Part shown: positions 18,284 to 28,251 of the stretch, piece after piece
Position numbering within the stretch: the first letter of the stretch is position 1
Layout: every line of letters begins with the position of its first letter
From: Candidatus Aminicenantales bacterium
Lineage (GTDB): Bacteria > Acidobacteriota > Aminicenantia > Aminicenantales > UBA4085
NCBI GenBank assembly: GCA_049515535.1
Contig: JBEKTZ010000012.1
Location: 1 to 64,000 of the forward strand
Length of the DNA stretch: 64,000 nucleotides
Direction of reading: 5' to 3'
Translations under genes and position numbers: made by a program
Notes under the pieces: generated by a model
Database searches by the model: none
Told to the model about the DNA's origin: nothing
Seen by the model: the letters and a program-made list of their open reading frames with translations, nothing else

Positions 18284-20397
18284 TTTACACCTCCGAGGTC
18301 GATCGAGCGGGCGTCGCGCCAGGCGGTTTGGGTCTCGGCCTTCACCTCGACCTTGATGGGTTTGTCCGACTGGACGATCCAGGTCGCGGTTTGGGTGGCG
18401 AGGCCCTGGATAGCGGGGATAAGGGTGCGCTTCTTGCCGTTCACGATTTTTATGCCCGGGCCCTCGAGGGTGACGATGACGGGCAGGATGCGTTCGTTGC
18501 GGCGGGCCATGGCCGTGGGATATGGGAGAGCGCCGGTATTCTCCAGGCGGACTTTGATTTCATAGACGCCCGTGCCGAGGGACTTGACCTCGGTCGAGGC
18601 GATTTTGATGCGCGGCATTTTAGCGGCGATTTCAAAGACCCAGGGGACCTGGCCCTTGAGGAGCGCCTCGATCATCGCGGGGGGAGGCGTATTGTCGGCA
18701 TAGGGCACGGCCCCGCCGATCTCGACGTCGCCCAGCTGGGGATGCTTGAAGGGTTTCCACTCGACGAAGCCCTTGCCGGCCAGATCCTTGTCGCTGAAGG
18801 CGAGCAGGGCTTTGTCCTTGGGGTCGGCGCCTTCCTCGCTGGGCGGCTTGGGCATCTGTTTCATCATTTCGGCCATCTTCTTGGGATCGATCTGGCCGCC
18901 CTTGACCATTTCGATCACCTGCTTGGCCTTGAACTGCTCGGGGGCGCCGGCGGCCTTGAGGAAGGCGTCGATCTTCTCCTCGCCCAGGGCCAGGAACTCG
19001 TCCTTGGACATCTTCTCGAGCTGCTCGGGGGTAATCGCCGCGTCCTTCTTTTCCTCTTTCACCTCGGGCAGGGTCCAGAAATCCAAGGCAAAGGACGGCA
19101 GGCCGAGATGATAATAGGACCACAGCTCGAAGGAGCCGTCTTTATCGGGAGGCGGTTCGAGGCGCTTGCCGTCGAGCTTGTTGGTCTTGAGGAATTCTTT
19201 GAATTTCTCGGACAGCTCTTTATAGAATTTCAGGTCGTCGTCGAGGGGATTGACCACAGCCCCGAGGCCCAGAAAGCCGGCGATCATCGACTCGGTGATC
19301 TCCATGCCCGGGGGCGTCAGGGGTTTGATCATCTCCATGATCTCGGCCATAGTGTAGGTCTTGTTGGGGTCGGCGCCGAAGGCGGTGGCGATGCGCTCGG
19401 GGATCTTGATCTGGTTGAGGTCGCCCTCAGCTTTGCGGCCGCCGCGCGGCGGGTTTAGGCAGAAGTTCGTTTCGCCGAAGACGAAGGTCAGCCCGACTTC
19501 GCGATGCTCGTCCATGAATTTCATCAGGCAGAAGCTTTCCGCCTCGGAACCAGGCCAGGCGCCGGAGGCGGGGGCGAAGGGCTTAAACAAGTGCGGGAAG
19601 TTGGTGCCGATGTTCACTCCGCCGAGGCCGTCCTCGTTGTAGAGCCCGTCGCCGTCGTTGTCGATGCCCTCGGAATAGAGCTTGTAGACGCCCTTTTCGC
19701 CCTTGGACCAGTCGGCGCGTTTCATGAGCCGCGGCTGGCCGGGGACGGGCATCCACTCGCCCTCGGGGTCTTTGACCCGCATCATGGTGATCAGGCCGTC
19801 GCCGTTGAGGTCCTCGGGGCCGTCCTCGTCGATCTGGTCGTCCATGTCGTCGTTGTGGGGCTTGAAGTTGCGCGGGTCGAGGCGCAGCGGCTTGGTGAAG
19901 AAGAGCGAGGCGGCGTCGGGATTGCCGCAAGGGAGGATGTACCAGGTCCGGTCGGCGCGGAGCTCGGGCTTCTTGATGAGTAGCTTGGCCAGGTAGAGGG
20001 CCGCTTCGCCGGAGATCGGGACAGTCCCTTCCATATTGGAGGCGATGAAGACGGCGGGCAGGAGCTTGGTTTGCTTGGCGGTTTCGGGACCGATTTCTAG
20101 GAGGAGGAGTTCGCGCCCGCCGGGAGATTTGGCCAGGGATTGGGTGTGGACGAAGGCGGGGTTAGCCCGGGCCATGTCCAGGAGCGCAGCGTTCAGCTCA
20201 GCGGGGTTGTGGTAGCGGTCGAAGGTGAGCGTGGAGGGGGAAGCTGGGGCGGCCTGCAGCGCGGGGGTTTGTGCGGAACCAGAGGCGTTTTGGAGCGCGG
20301 ACGTTTGTCCGGACGATGCCTGGAACTGGAGAGCCAGGCATAAGAGGGCGATGAGAAGCAATCGAGTTTTTTTAAGAGCGAATTTGAGTTGTTTCAC
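18280..20397 (-). CDS. Secreted M14-like carboxypeptidase paralogue with degenerate zinc ligands
   Basis: Same architecture (FDRYH, NPD, DLNGDG, DNDGDG, HPQLGDVEIGG), but HxxE reads NMEGTV and SFH reads VFG; overlaps its partner by 4 nt. Confidence 0.85.
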   Translation of the reverse strand: MKQLKFALKKTRLLLIALLCLALQFQASSGQTSALQNASGSAQTPALQAAPASPSTLTFDRYHNPAELNAALLDMARANPAFVHTQSLAKSPGGRELLLLEIGPETAKQTKLLPAVFIASNMEGTVPISGEAALYLAKLLIKKPELRADRTWYILPCGNPDAASLFFTKPLRLDPRNFKPHNDDMDDQIDEDGPEDLNGDGLITMMRVKDPEGEWMPVPGQPRLMKRADWSKGEKGVYKLYSEGIDNDGDGLYNEDGLGGVNIGTNFPHLFKPFAPASGAWPGSEAESFCLMKFMDEHREVGLTFVFGETNFCLNPPRGGRKAEGDLNQIKIPERIATAFGADPNKTYTMAEIMEMIKPLTPPGMEITESMIAGFLGLGAVVNPLDDDLKFYKELSEKFKEFLKTNKLDGKRLEPPPDKDGSFELWSYYHLGLPSFALDFWTLPEVKEEKKDAAITPEQLEKMSKDEFLALGEEKIDAFLKAAGAPEQFKAKQVIEMVKGGQIDPKKMAEMMKQMPKPPSEEGADPKDKALLAFSDKDLAGKGFVEWKPFKHPQLGDVEIGGAVPYADNTPPPAMIEALLKGQVPWVFEIAAKMPRIKIASTEVKSLGTGVYEIKVRLENTGALPYPTAMARRNERILPVIVTLEGPGIKIVNGKKRTLIPAIQGLATQTATWIVQSDKPIKVEVKAETQTAWRDARSIDLGGVK

Positions 20398-20454
20398 TTG
20401 TCGTTACCTCCGATTAGCGATGTCGGCAAATAAAATAAGCTGCAAAGATTATAT

Positions 20455-20478
20455 AATTTCGGTGACTGACAACTCAAT
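20455..20478 (-). repeat. Right arm of the 24-bp inverted repeat pair
   Basis: AATTTCGGTGACTGACAACTCAAT. Confidence 0.85.
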
Positions 20479-20526
20479 ACACTAAACTAATTTTGGTGAC
20501 GCTGGACCGGGAAATCCTGGCCGCTT

Positions 20527-20757
20527 TAGGGAATTTCCTTTTTCCTTTTCCATGTTGTCTCGAATCATATCCATGCTGGACTGACAACGACGCCTCCCGT
20601 TGCGAAAAAATGATACATGCGGCCGCGGATCGATGTCAAGAACGGATGGATTCCCGGCACATCGGAGACGAAGAATCAAGAAACGCGCCAGGTTGAAAAA
20701 AACGGAATCGAGGGATGGCCGAAGGAATCAGCAGATGGCTCGCCGCCGATTCCTCTT
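20527..20757 (-). mobile_element. Degenerate IS91/ISCR-like oriIS end remnant with outward promoter
   Basis: TAGGGAATTTCCTTTTTC resembles TAGGGATTTGCTTTTTC. TTGACA-18-TATCAT on the minus strand (20610-20639) has a spacer homologous to those in the other copies. Confidence 0.5.
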
Positions 20758-20767
20758 AATCATGACA

Positions 20768-22456
20768 CTAGCATTCGAGCTGCGAAAGTTCAATCATCCG
20801 GGAGAAGACATCCTTTTCGTTCGTGATCTTATCCACCACCTCTATGATTAGAAAATAGGGACCTGCTTGGAGCTTCCCGAGATTGAGGGTGATGTTTAGC
20901 TCGTCCTTGACAAGGTCCAGGATTTTTCCTTCCGAAAAAGCGGCGTTCGATTGCGAATCGTAGAGCGTGACATGAACCTCGGCGATGCCCCGCTTCCCTT
21001 TTTCGCCGCTCAACATCGCGTAATTTTTTAAGCCAAATTTGAGGGCCTTCGATCGGGCACTTACGTCCGTAATCGTAATGACCGGGCTCGCCAAGTTCAG
21101 GTATTCCTTAAGGCTATAGACCTTAACCCCCTGCTGCCGGACTTTCACTTCGATATTCTTTCCGCGGGTCTCGACGGGGCCCTTGGGCGCGTAGACGAGA
21201 AGATAGTGGTAATCCTCGTTTTCCGAGGCCCCCTTGAGCGCGTCCAGGACCTTATTCGAGAACGTCAGATAGCCGCCCGTCGCGCGGCTGATTTCCCGGA
21301 AGCAGTCTTCGAATTCCGCGTTGACCTCTCGCAGAACAAAATCCTCTGAGACCAGCGACTTGAGCGATTTCATCAAGATGAGATGGAAAGTGACTCCGCC
21401 CTCCATGAAAAGATTTTTTAGCGTACCCGCGGGGAAATTTTTGGTCAAATCGAATTCCTGCTGAAGCTCCCACTGCTTAGCCTGAATCAGGCGCGCCTTC
21501 ACCTGCTCTTGCGGATCGATGGCGCCCTCTTTCAATCTGTTGATTTCTTGCTCCAACCGACCTTCGTTTCTGAGCTCGGGAAAAAGATTCCGCTGCAAGA
21601 AGCAGAGTGCCCATCTATCGGCGGCGATTGGCTGGATTCGCTTAAGAAGAGCTTGATAAAGATCTGGATTCAGAGCGAGAAACTGAGCTCGGTACAATCG
21701 CCAAATCCGGATGTAGTTATCGTAGAATCGAATGATGTCCGAGGGTTCTGACAATGGCCAGTCGCCTTCCTCTCGAAGCTCGTCATAGGCCTTGAGGATG
21801 TTTTTCGTCGAAAAGGCCTTATATCTCTTGAGCGAGTCTTTAAGATTGCGGGCAAGGGATGCGGCGTCACGCCCGGCCTCGAAATTGAGAATCCGGGATT
21901 CGGTCACGAGGACTAAGTGATCCTCGGTACGGTAGACATTCGAAAAAAAGTAATCGATCGCCTCGCCGACCGCATCGGTGTAATCGAAAATATAGAAGAT
22001 GAGGATAAAAAGCCGCGGCTTTGGCTTGACCGCAACCGTCGCGCGAACAGCCCCGGGCGTCGGTCCGGCGATCCTCCGCGAAATCGTCTCAAAAACGGAA
22101 ATCTCCTGCTTGACGCCGTTTTCGAAGATCTCGAAATCTTCCTTTTTCAGGTCTTTGACGATCTGGCCGCCCCTGAGGACCCTCACCGGCACTTCGACGG
22201 CCGTGACCGTCACCTCTTGTTTTAGCTTATCCTGGGATTGACCTGAAGCAAGATAAGAACTTGTTAAAAGAAAAAACGCGACGATATAGGATTTGCTTTT
22301 TCGCGCAACGCGACGATCCCTCCCGTTCAGATCGGAATTAGTACCACCCTTCACGAGAAAAGGATATTGCCGGCCGCCGATCAATGTCAAGAACAAGAAA
22401 ATTACCCGGAACCAAAGCATCCGGCCGAACGACCGTCCCTGAGCTGAGTTCCCCAA
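20768..22456 (-). CDS. Secreted VWA-related (acidobacterial-type) hypothetical protein; true start uncertain (probably near 22290)
   Basis: EVTVTAVEVPVRV..G..V.DL.KEDFEIFENGVKQEI..F; TGG; YLLVYAP; I.VKV..GV. The 5' end overlaps an IS end. Confidence 0.7.
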   Translation of the reverse strand: MGNSAQGRSFGRMLWFRVIFLFLTLIGGRQYPFLVKGGTNSDLNGRDRRVARKSKSYIVAFFLLTSSYLASGQSQDKLKQEVTVTAVEVPVRVLRGGQIVKDLKKEDFEIFENGVKQEISVFETISRRIAGPTPGAVRATVAVKPKPRLFILIFYIFDYTDAVGEAIDYFFSNVYRTEDHLVLVTESRILNFEAGRDAASLARNLKDSLKRYKAFSTKNILKAYDELREEGDWPLSEPSDIIRFYDNYIRIWRLYRAQFLALNPDLYQALLKRIQPIAADRWALCFLQRNLFPELRNEGRLEQEINRLKEGAIDPQEQVKARLIQAKQWELQQEFDLTKNFPAGTLKNLFMEGGVTFHLILMKSLKSLVSEDFVLREVNAEFEDCFREISRATGGYLTFSNKVLDALKGASENEDYHYLLVYAPKGPVETRGKNIEVKVRQQGVKVYSLKEYLNLASPVITITDVSARSKALKFGLKNYAMLSGEKGKRGIAEVHVTLYDSQSNAAFSEGKILDLVKDELNITLNLGKLQAGPYFLIIEVVDKITNEKDVFSRMIELSQLEC

Positions 22457-22486
22457 AAGACGATAGACTTCCCTCTCCTCACGAAA

Positions 22487-22792
22487 TCACCCGATATCAG
22501 AAACACTCCGCCCGCTCCTCTTAGCATGGCAGGACGAACAAAAACCTCGGGTCTTGCACGAAAACGTCAGAAGATACTCCGCCCGGCAGCGCGGACAGCG
22601 GATCCGGGCAAACCCACAGCGGGGATTGCCGCAGTCGAGGTCCTTCTCCACGACGTCCGTGATGATCGGCCGGAAATAGCCGTAGGCCTTCTCGAAACGC
22701 TCGTATTCCGCGACGAATCGCTCGAAATGATGGAAGAGCACCCGGTAGAGGACCGTGCGTTCCGGATGGCGAGGGCGATAGATTCCCGGCAC
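22487..22792 (-). pseudogene. IS91-family transposase, zinc-binding N-terminal fragment
   Basis: YRPRHPERTVLY...DCG.P..GFARIRCPRC..EYLL.FSCKTRGFCSSCHAKR, then truncated. Confidence 0.85.
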
Positions 22793-22834
22793 ATCCGACT
22801 CCCTTTCTCGGGCGGGGCATGAAACCCCGCCCTG

Positions 22835-22914
22835 CGACCAAGGGGGCGGCTCCCCCTTGGATCCCTCTACGAGCGGTTCCCCGTGGCAAGCCACGGGGCA
22901 TATCAACCGCTCGT
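22835..22914. repeat. 80-bp palindromic repeat, family B copy 2
   Basis: Matches 15419-15498; inner stem CCCCGTGGC/GCCACGGGG shows compensatory changes. Confidence 0.85.
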
Positions 22915-23276
22915 TATCTGACCCGCTGGACGATCGAAGAAACGTTCCGCTTCATCAAGCAGTCGTATCAACTGGAAGATATCCGACTCCTGACCTACGT
23001 CCGTCTCCAGAACATGATGGCGCTCGTCCTGGCCGCGGCATACTTCGCCATGGTCTATCTGAACCTACGGACGAAGCTTCGCCTTTTAGCCGGCCATGTT
23101 CTTAAAGCCGCTCGCCGGGTGTTCGGAATCCCCGACTTCCGCTTCTACGCCCTGGCCGATGGGATCAAGGCCTATCTGTTTGGCCAAAAGAGGGGCCTTT
23201 ACGGCTGTTTTTCCTCTCGTGATCCGGAAACCGGCCAGCGATGGCTCTTCTCACCATAATTTTTGGGGGAACTCCT
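22915..23276 (+). pseudogene. IS4-family transposase C-terminal remnant with probable terminal IR
   Basis: YLTRWTIEETFRFIK (YREK motif); stop at 23259 followed by TTTTTGGGGGAACTCCT. Confidence 0.75.
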
Positions 23277-23383
23277 CGTCATTTTTTGATTGACAGACCC
23301 CTGGGCGCGTGTGATATATTTTCCTTACTATCATTCCTGGAAAAAGGACTGATAAATACATTTTAATTCGAGGAGGTACCTGA

Positions 23384-24703
23384 ATGGCTTCATTAAAAGA
23401 AAAATTCATGACGAAGATCGGCCCGATGAGGGAGCGGGTCCAGAAGCTCAACAAGGAGTTCGGGAACGTCGTCGTCGATGACGTCAACATCGGCCAGATC
23501 ATCGGCGGCATGCGCGACATCCGTTCGATGTTCTGGGTCATTTCGGACCTGGATCCGCAGGAAGGCATCCGCTTCCGCGGCTACACCATCCCCGACCTCC
23601 AGGCGAAACTGCCCAAGGCTCCCGGCGGCTCCGAGCCCTTGCCCGAAGGCATCTTCTATTTCCTCTTGACGGGCGAGCTTCCGACCTATAACGACTGCGT
23701 CGCCGTCACCGAGGAATGGAGGAAACGGAGCGCCCTGCCGGCCCATTTGATCAAGACCATGGAAGCGGTCCCCACTGACACGCATCCCATGACCCAGTTC
23801 GCCATGGCCATCCTGGCCCTCCAGCGGGATTCCAAGTTCACCGCCAAATATCGAGCGGGTATGCCCAAAGGCGACTACTGGGATCCCATGTTCGAGGACG
23901 TCATGGACCTCCTGGCCAAGCTGCCCGAGATTGCGGGCCGGATCTATCGGCGCGCCTACAAAGGCGGACATTACATCGCCCCCGATCCGAAGCTCGACTG
24001 GGCCGCCAACCAGGCCCATATGCTCGGCATCGACAAGCCCGAATTCTACGACCTGATGCGGCTCTACCTCGTCATCCACAGCGACCACGAAGGCGGCAAC
24101 GTCTCGGCCCACACCTGCCACCTCGTCGGCTCCGCCCTTTCCGACGCGTTTTACAGCATGTCGGCGGCGATGGACGGACTGGCCGGCCCGCTCCACGGCC
24201 TGGCCAACCAGGAAGTCCTCCGCTGGATCATGGACGTCATGAAGGACCTCGGCGGCGTCCCGACCAAGGAACAGCTTCACAAATACCTCTGGGACACGCT
24301 GAAATCCGGGAAGGTCATCCCCGGCTACGGCCACGCCGTCCTCCGCAAGACCGACCCGCGGTATGTCGCCCAGCGCGAGTTCGCCCTCAAGCACCTGCCG
24401 AACTACGACATGTTCAGGGTGGTGAGCGACATCTATGAAGTCGCCCCCAAGATCCTGATCGAGCAGGGCAAAGCGAAGAACCCCTGGCCGAACGTCGACG
24501 CGCACTCCGGCGTTCTCCTCTACTACTACGGCATCACCGAGTACGACATTTATACGGTGTTCTTCGGCGTCTCGCGGGCTATGGGCATCCTGGCTCAGCT
24601 CATCTGGAGCCGCGCTCTCGGACTGGCCATCGAGCGGCCGAAGTCGGTGCTCATCGAATGGCTCGAAGAGCAGGCGAAGAAGGCTCCGGCCCCGGCGAAG
24701 TGA
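23384..24703 (+). CDS. gltA: Citrate (Si)-synthase, eukaryote-type
   Basis: GIRFRG, SDHEGGNVSAH, GLAGPLHGLANQEV, GYGHAVLRKTDPRY, NPWPNVDAHSG; RBS GGAGG. Confidence 0.95.
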   Translation: MASLKEKFMTKIGPMRERVQKLNKEFGNVVVDDVNIGQIIGGMRDIRSMFWVISDLDPQEGIRFRGYTIPDLQAKLPKAPGGSEPLPEGIFYFLLTGELPTYNDCVAVTEEWRKRSALPAHLIKTMEAVPTDTHPMTQFAMAILALQRDSKFTAKYRAGMPKGDYWDPMFEDVMDLLAKLPEIAGRIYRRAYKGGHYIAPDPKLDWAANQAHMLGIDKPEFYDLMRLYLVIHSDHEGGNVSAHTCHLVGSALSDAFYSMSAAMDGLAGPLHGLANQEVLRWIMDVMKDLGGVPTKEQLHKYLWDTLKSGKVIPGYGHAVLRKTDPRYVAQREFALKHLPNYDMFRVVSDIYEVAPKILIEQGKAKNPWPNVDAHSGVLLYYYGITEYDIYTVFFGVSRAMGILAQLIWSRALGLAIERPKSVLIEWLEEQAKKAPAPAK

Positions 24704-25053
24704 GCAAGGCCAAAGGTTTTAAGGGTCTACCGTCTTGGTTTCGGCCGATGAGGATATCGATCCGGAGATGATCTCGACGCTACGGACAAAATACGGCGCC
24801 GGGGTTGCCGACTAGGAATCGGGAGCGATCGCTTACGTCGCTGGGCGGAACGGGAAACGGATATTGATCCTGCGCGGCGTGACCGACCTTGTCGGCCGGA
24901 CAGGCGGGGAAGCCCACGGCCAAATCGAGGTTTTTCGGAAAAACACGGAAACCGTGATGAAACGCCTCTGGGCCGACCTTCCCGATTGGCTCGTTCGGAT
25001 CCGCCGTTAGAATGCACAAAAACCCATTTTTATAAGAAGAGAAAGAGGAAATA

Positions 25054-25851
25054 TTGAAGATCGTGGTCTGTATCAAACAGGTTCCGGATACCACGGATGT
25101 GAAGATCAACCCTAAGACGAACACCTTGATTCGAGAGGGCGTCGCCAGCATCACCAATCCCTTCGATGAGTATGCCGTCGAAGAAGCCCTTCGCCTCAAG
25201 GACAAGCATGGCGGAGAAGTCCATGTCATCAGCATGGGCCCTCCTCAGGCCGTCGAAATCTTAAAAAATGCTTTGGCGGTAGGGGCAGATAAGGTCTATC
25301 TGATCTCAGACAGGGCTTTTGCGGGGGCGGACACGCTGGCCACGGCTTACACCTTGGCCAAGACGATCCAGATGATCGGCGGCGCGGACTTGGTGATTTG
25401 CGGAAAGCAGGCCATCGATGGGGATACCGCTCAAGTCGGGCCGGGCGTTGCGACCCGCTTGGGAATCCCGCAACTGACGTATGTTTCGAAGGTCAGGGAA
25501 ATCGATCCCGTAAAGAAGAGAATTGTGGTCGAACGGCTGTTGGAGAACGGAAGAGAGGTTGTGGAGTCTTCGCTGCCGGTCTTGATGACGGTTGTCAAAG
25601 ATATCAATGAGCCCAGACACCCTTCTCTGCTGGGAATCAAAAGGGTCGCCAAGGCTCTGATTCCCATCCTGACCGCCGAGGATATCGGCGCGGATGAGAA
25701 CCGAATCGGATTGAAGGGATCGCCGACCTGGGTGGTGAGGATCTTTTCCCCGGAGGCTAGAGGAGCCGGCGGGGAGATTTTAAAAGGGGATTTGGCGGAA
25801 GTGGTTCCTCTTCTTGTGCACAAACTGATGGATACGAAATTCATTAAATAA
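25054..25851 (+). CDS. etfB: Electron transfer flavoprotein beta subunit
   Basis: VCIKQVPDT, NPFD, AGADTLAT, GKQAIDGDTAQVGP, GLKGSPT. Confidence 0.95.
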   Translation: MKIVVCIKQVPDTTDVKINPKTNTLIREGVASITNPFDEYAVEEALRLKDKHGGEVHVISMGPPQAVEILKNALAVGADKVYLISDRAFAGADTLATAYTLAKTIQMIGGADLVICGKQAIDGDTAQVGPGVATRLGIPQLTYVSKVREIDPVKKRIVVERLLENGREVVESSLPVLMTVVKDINEPRHPSLLGIKRVAKALIPILTAEDIGADENRIGLKGSPTWVVRIFSPEARGAGGEILKGDLAEVVPLLVHKLMDTKFIK

Positions 25852-25934
25852 TATCACGACACGCATGACGTCCCCGCGCCGGCCGGATCAATCGTCGGAC
25901 GCATCGCGTTTTTGATGATGAGGAGGAGAAGGGA

Positions 25935-27140
25935 ATGGCCAGATTGATCATCGATGCCGACACCTGTACGGGATGCGAGGCCTGCATCCCCTCCTGTCCC
26001 TTCGGCTCATTGAGCATGAAGGACGGGATGGCCATGGTCGATGAGAGCTGCAACTTTTGCCGCGCCTGTGTCGAGGCCTGCCCGGTCGGCGCCATCACCG
26101 TCGAAAAGGAGGAGAAAGCCGTTCCCGTCGACACCGGCTCCTATCAAAATGTCTGGGCCTTCATCGAGCACGAGCGGGAAAAGGTTTCGAGCGTTTCTTT
26201 TGAACTCTTGGGTGAGGGAAGGAAACTGGCCGAGGCCCTGGGATGTCAAGTGTGCGGGATGCTTTTCGGGGATCAGGGTGACGTCGATCATTTTGCCAAA
26301 GAGGCTATCGCCCATGGCGCGGAAAGGGTCTATGTCATGGAAAGCCCCCTGCTGAAACAATATCGCACCGATCCCTATGCCAGGGCCGCCATCGATCTCA
26401 TCAGGAAATACAAGCCTGAGATCGTTCTCTTCGGGGCGACCACCCAGGGTCGTGATTTCGCGGGTACCGTGGCCACGACTCTTGGGGCGGGATTGACTGC
26501 GGACTGCACCGGTTTGGACATCGATCCGGAAACAAAATATCTTAAACAGACGCGGCCGGCTTTCGGCGGAAACATCATGGCGACGATTCTCGATTATCCC
26601 CATTATCGCCCCCAAATGTCGACCGTCCGGTCCAAGGTCTTCGCCCTGCCCCCGAGGGATGATTCCAGAAAAGGAGAGATCATCCGGGAGACCCTCCAGA
26701 TGACCGAGGACGAAGTCAGGACGAAGATCTTGGAATTCATCAAAGGAATGGAGACCGTCAATCTAGCGGATGCGGAGATCATTGTTTCGGGAGGAAGAGG
26801 GATCGGGAGCGCCGAGAATTTCAGGATCATCCGGGAGCTCTCGGAGGTCTTAGGCGCGGCCGTGGGCGCTTCCCGCGCGGCCGTCGACTCAGGTTGGATT
26901 TCTTACGAACATCAGGTCGGACAGACCGGTCGAACCGTCCGGCCCAAGATCTATATCGCCTGCGGCATCTCGGGCGCCGTTCAGCATCAGGCCGGGATGA
27001 AGACCTCGGACATCATTGTGGCCATCAACAAGGACCCCGATGCTCCCATCTTTAAAATCGCCACCTACGGCGTCGTGGCCGATCTTTTTGCCGTTGTCCC
27101 CAAGCTGACCCAGGAGTTCCGGAAACGATTAGGAAGATAG
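25935..27140 (+). CDS. etfA: Electron transfer flavoprotein alpha subunit with N-terminal 2x[4Fe-4S] ferredoxin domain
   Basis: CTGCEACIPSCP and CNFCRACVEACP; GLTADCT, RPAFGGN, QVGQTG, GISGAVQH. Confidence 0.95.
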   Translation: MARLIIDADTCTGCEACIPSCPFGSLSMKDGMAMVDESCNFCRACVEACPVGAITVEKEEKAVPVDTGSYQNVWAFIEHEREKVSSVSFELLGEGRKLAEALGCQVCGMLFGDQGDVDHFAKEAIAHGAERVYVMESPLLKQYRTDPYARAAIDLIRKYKPEIVLFGATTQGRDFAGTVATTLGAGLTADCTGLDIDPETKYLKQTRPAFGGNIMATILDYPHYRPQMSTVRSKVFALPPRDDSRKGEIIRETLQMTEDEVRTKILEFIKGMETVNLADAEIIVSGGRGIGSAENFRIIRELSEVLGAAVGASRAAVDSGWISYEHQVGQTGRTVRPKIYIACGISGAVQHQAGMKTSDIIVAINKDPDAPIFKIATYGVVADLFAVVPKLTQEFRKRLGR

Positions 27141-27234
27141 GCCCTTCCCAATTTCTTGACTTCGTTCCTTCTTTGGCGATATATTCTTTATTCGTTACTG
27201 CCATCGATTACGGTGTTCGCGGAGAAGGATATTT

Positions 27235-28251
27235 TTGAAGATCGAAAGGCCGGGCGGACGCTCTATCCCGCCGGAATTGTGGGATGATTTTTTTAAAGGT
27301 AGCCGGCTGGCCTGCGCCCGTTTGATCACAAAAGTCGAGAATAGCCCGGAGTTGATACCGGAAATTCGGGACAAACTCATTCCCCATCAGAAAGGGGCGA
27401 TTCGGATCGGAATCACCGGTCCTCCGGGCGTTGGAAAAAGCACCGTCACGGCAGCCCTGGCCCTCCGGGCCCTCATGGCCGACCATTCCGTCGGGGTCAT
27501 CGCCGTGGATCCATCCAGCCCATTTACGGGCGGTGCATTCCTGGGAGACCGGGTGCGTATGCATGGTTTGAGCGGCGACCAGCACATTTTCATCCGCTCC
27601 CTGGCCTCCCGCGATGGTCATGGGGGGCTCTCCCCCGCGACTCCCCACGCGGCGGATATTTTTGACGCTTTTGGAATGGACCGGATATTCATCGAAACGG
27701 TTGGAGTCGGTCAGGCCGAGCTGGACGTGCTGACCTGCGCCGATCTTATCATTCTTGTGCTCCAGCCCGGCGCCGGAGATATCATCCAAGCGCTCAAGGC
27801 CGGGATTTTCGAGGTGGGCGATATTTTTCTCGTCAATAAAGCCGACCTGCCGGGCACGGAGACCCTTTTGGACTCTTTAAGATTTTTGTTCGAAATCAAC
27901 GGGCGCGAAAAAACAAAATCCGCCCCCCCGATTCTTCTGGCGTCGGCCATTCAAGACCAGGGGTTGGATGAGGTTTTCGCGGAGATGGAACGACAGGTCC
28001 TGGGAATCGTCCAATCCGGACGGTACCAGGAAAAGAAACGATTGCGCATGGAGCACGAAATCAAGGAATCCATCCGGCAGAATTTGTGGGAAAGATTCTC
28101 GACTCTGACGAAGGCCCGGGAGGAAATCCATGTCGTCTCCGGTCATCTCGTAAAAAATCGCCAATCCCCTTATCCATATATACGCAAAACTTGCGCTCAG
28201 ATAAAATTTGAATTCACGAATGAGAGGTCCGGTTGTGAAAACGGCGAATAA
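27235..28251 (+). CDS. meaB: MeaB/ArgK GTPase chaperone of B12-dependent mutase
   Basis: [43 protein letters not shown]. Confidence 0.92.
   Translation: MKIERPGGRSIPPELWDDFFKGSRLACARLITKVENSPELIPEIRDKLIPHQKGAIRIGITGPPGVGKSTVTAALALRALMADHSVGVIAVDPSSPFTGGAFLGDRVRMHGLSGDQHIFIRSLASRDGHGGLSPATPHAADIFDAFGMDRIFIETVGVGQAELDVLTCADLIILVLQPGAGDIIQALKAGIFEVGDIFLVNKADLPGTETLLDSLRFLFEINGREKTKSAPPILLASAIQDQGLDEVFAEMERQVLGIVQSGRYQEKKRLRMEHEIKESIRQNLWERFSTLTKAREEIHVVSGHLVKNRQSPYPYIRKTCAQIKFEFTNERSGCENGE

Larger units (their letters stand above)
22287..22914 (-). mobile_element. Internally deleted IS91-family element (oriIS-like end, transposase fragments, hairpin end)
   Basis: oriIS-like TAGGATTTGCTTTTTCGCGC at 22287; transposase zinc-binding N-terminus joined to the last codons; palindromic repeat at 22835-22914. 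Confidence 0.75.

Noticed and set aside
24704..25053. Riboswitch (e.g. cobalamin) in the gltA-etfB intergenic region
   Set aside because: GC-rich stems are possible, but I could not find a convincing B12-box or other riboswitch core; an Rfam scan would settle it.
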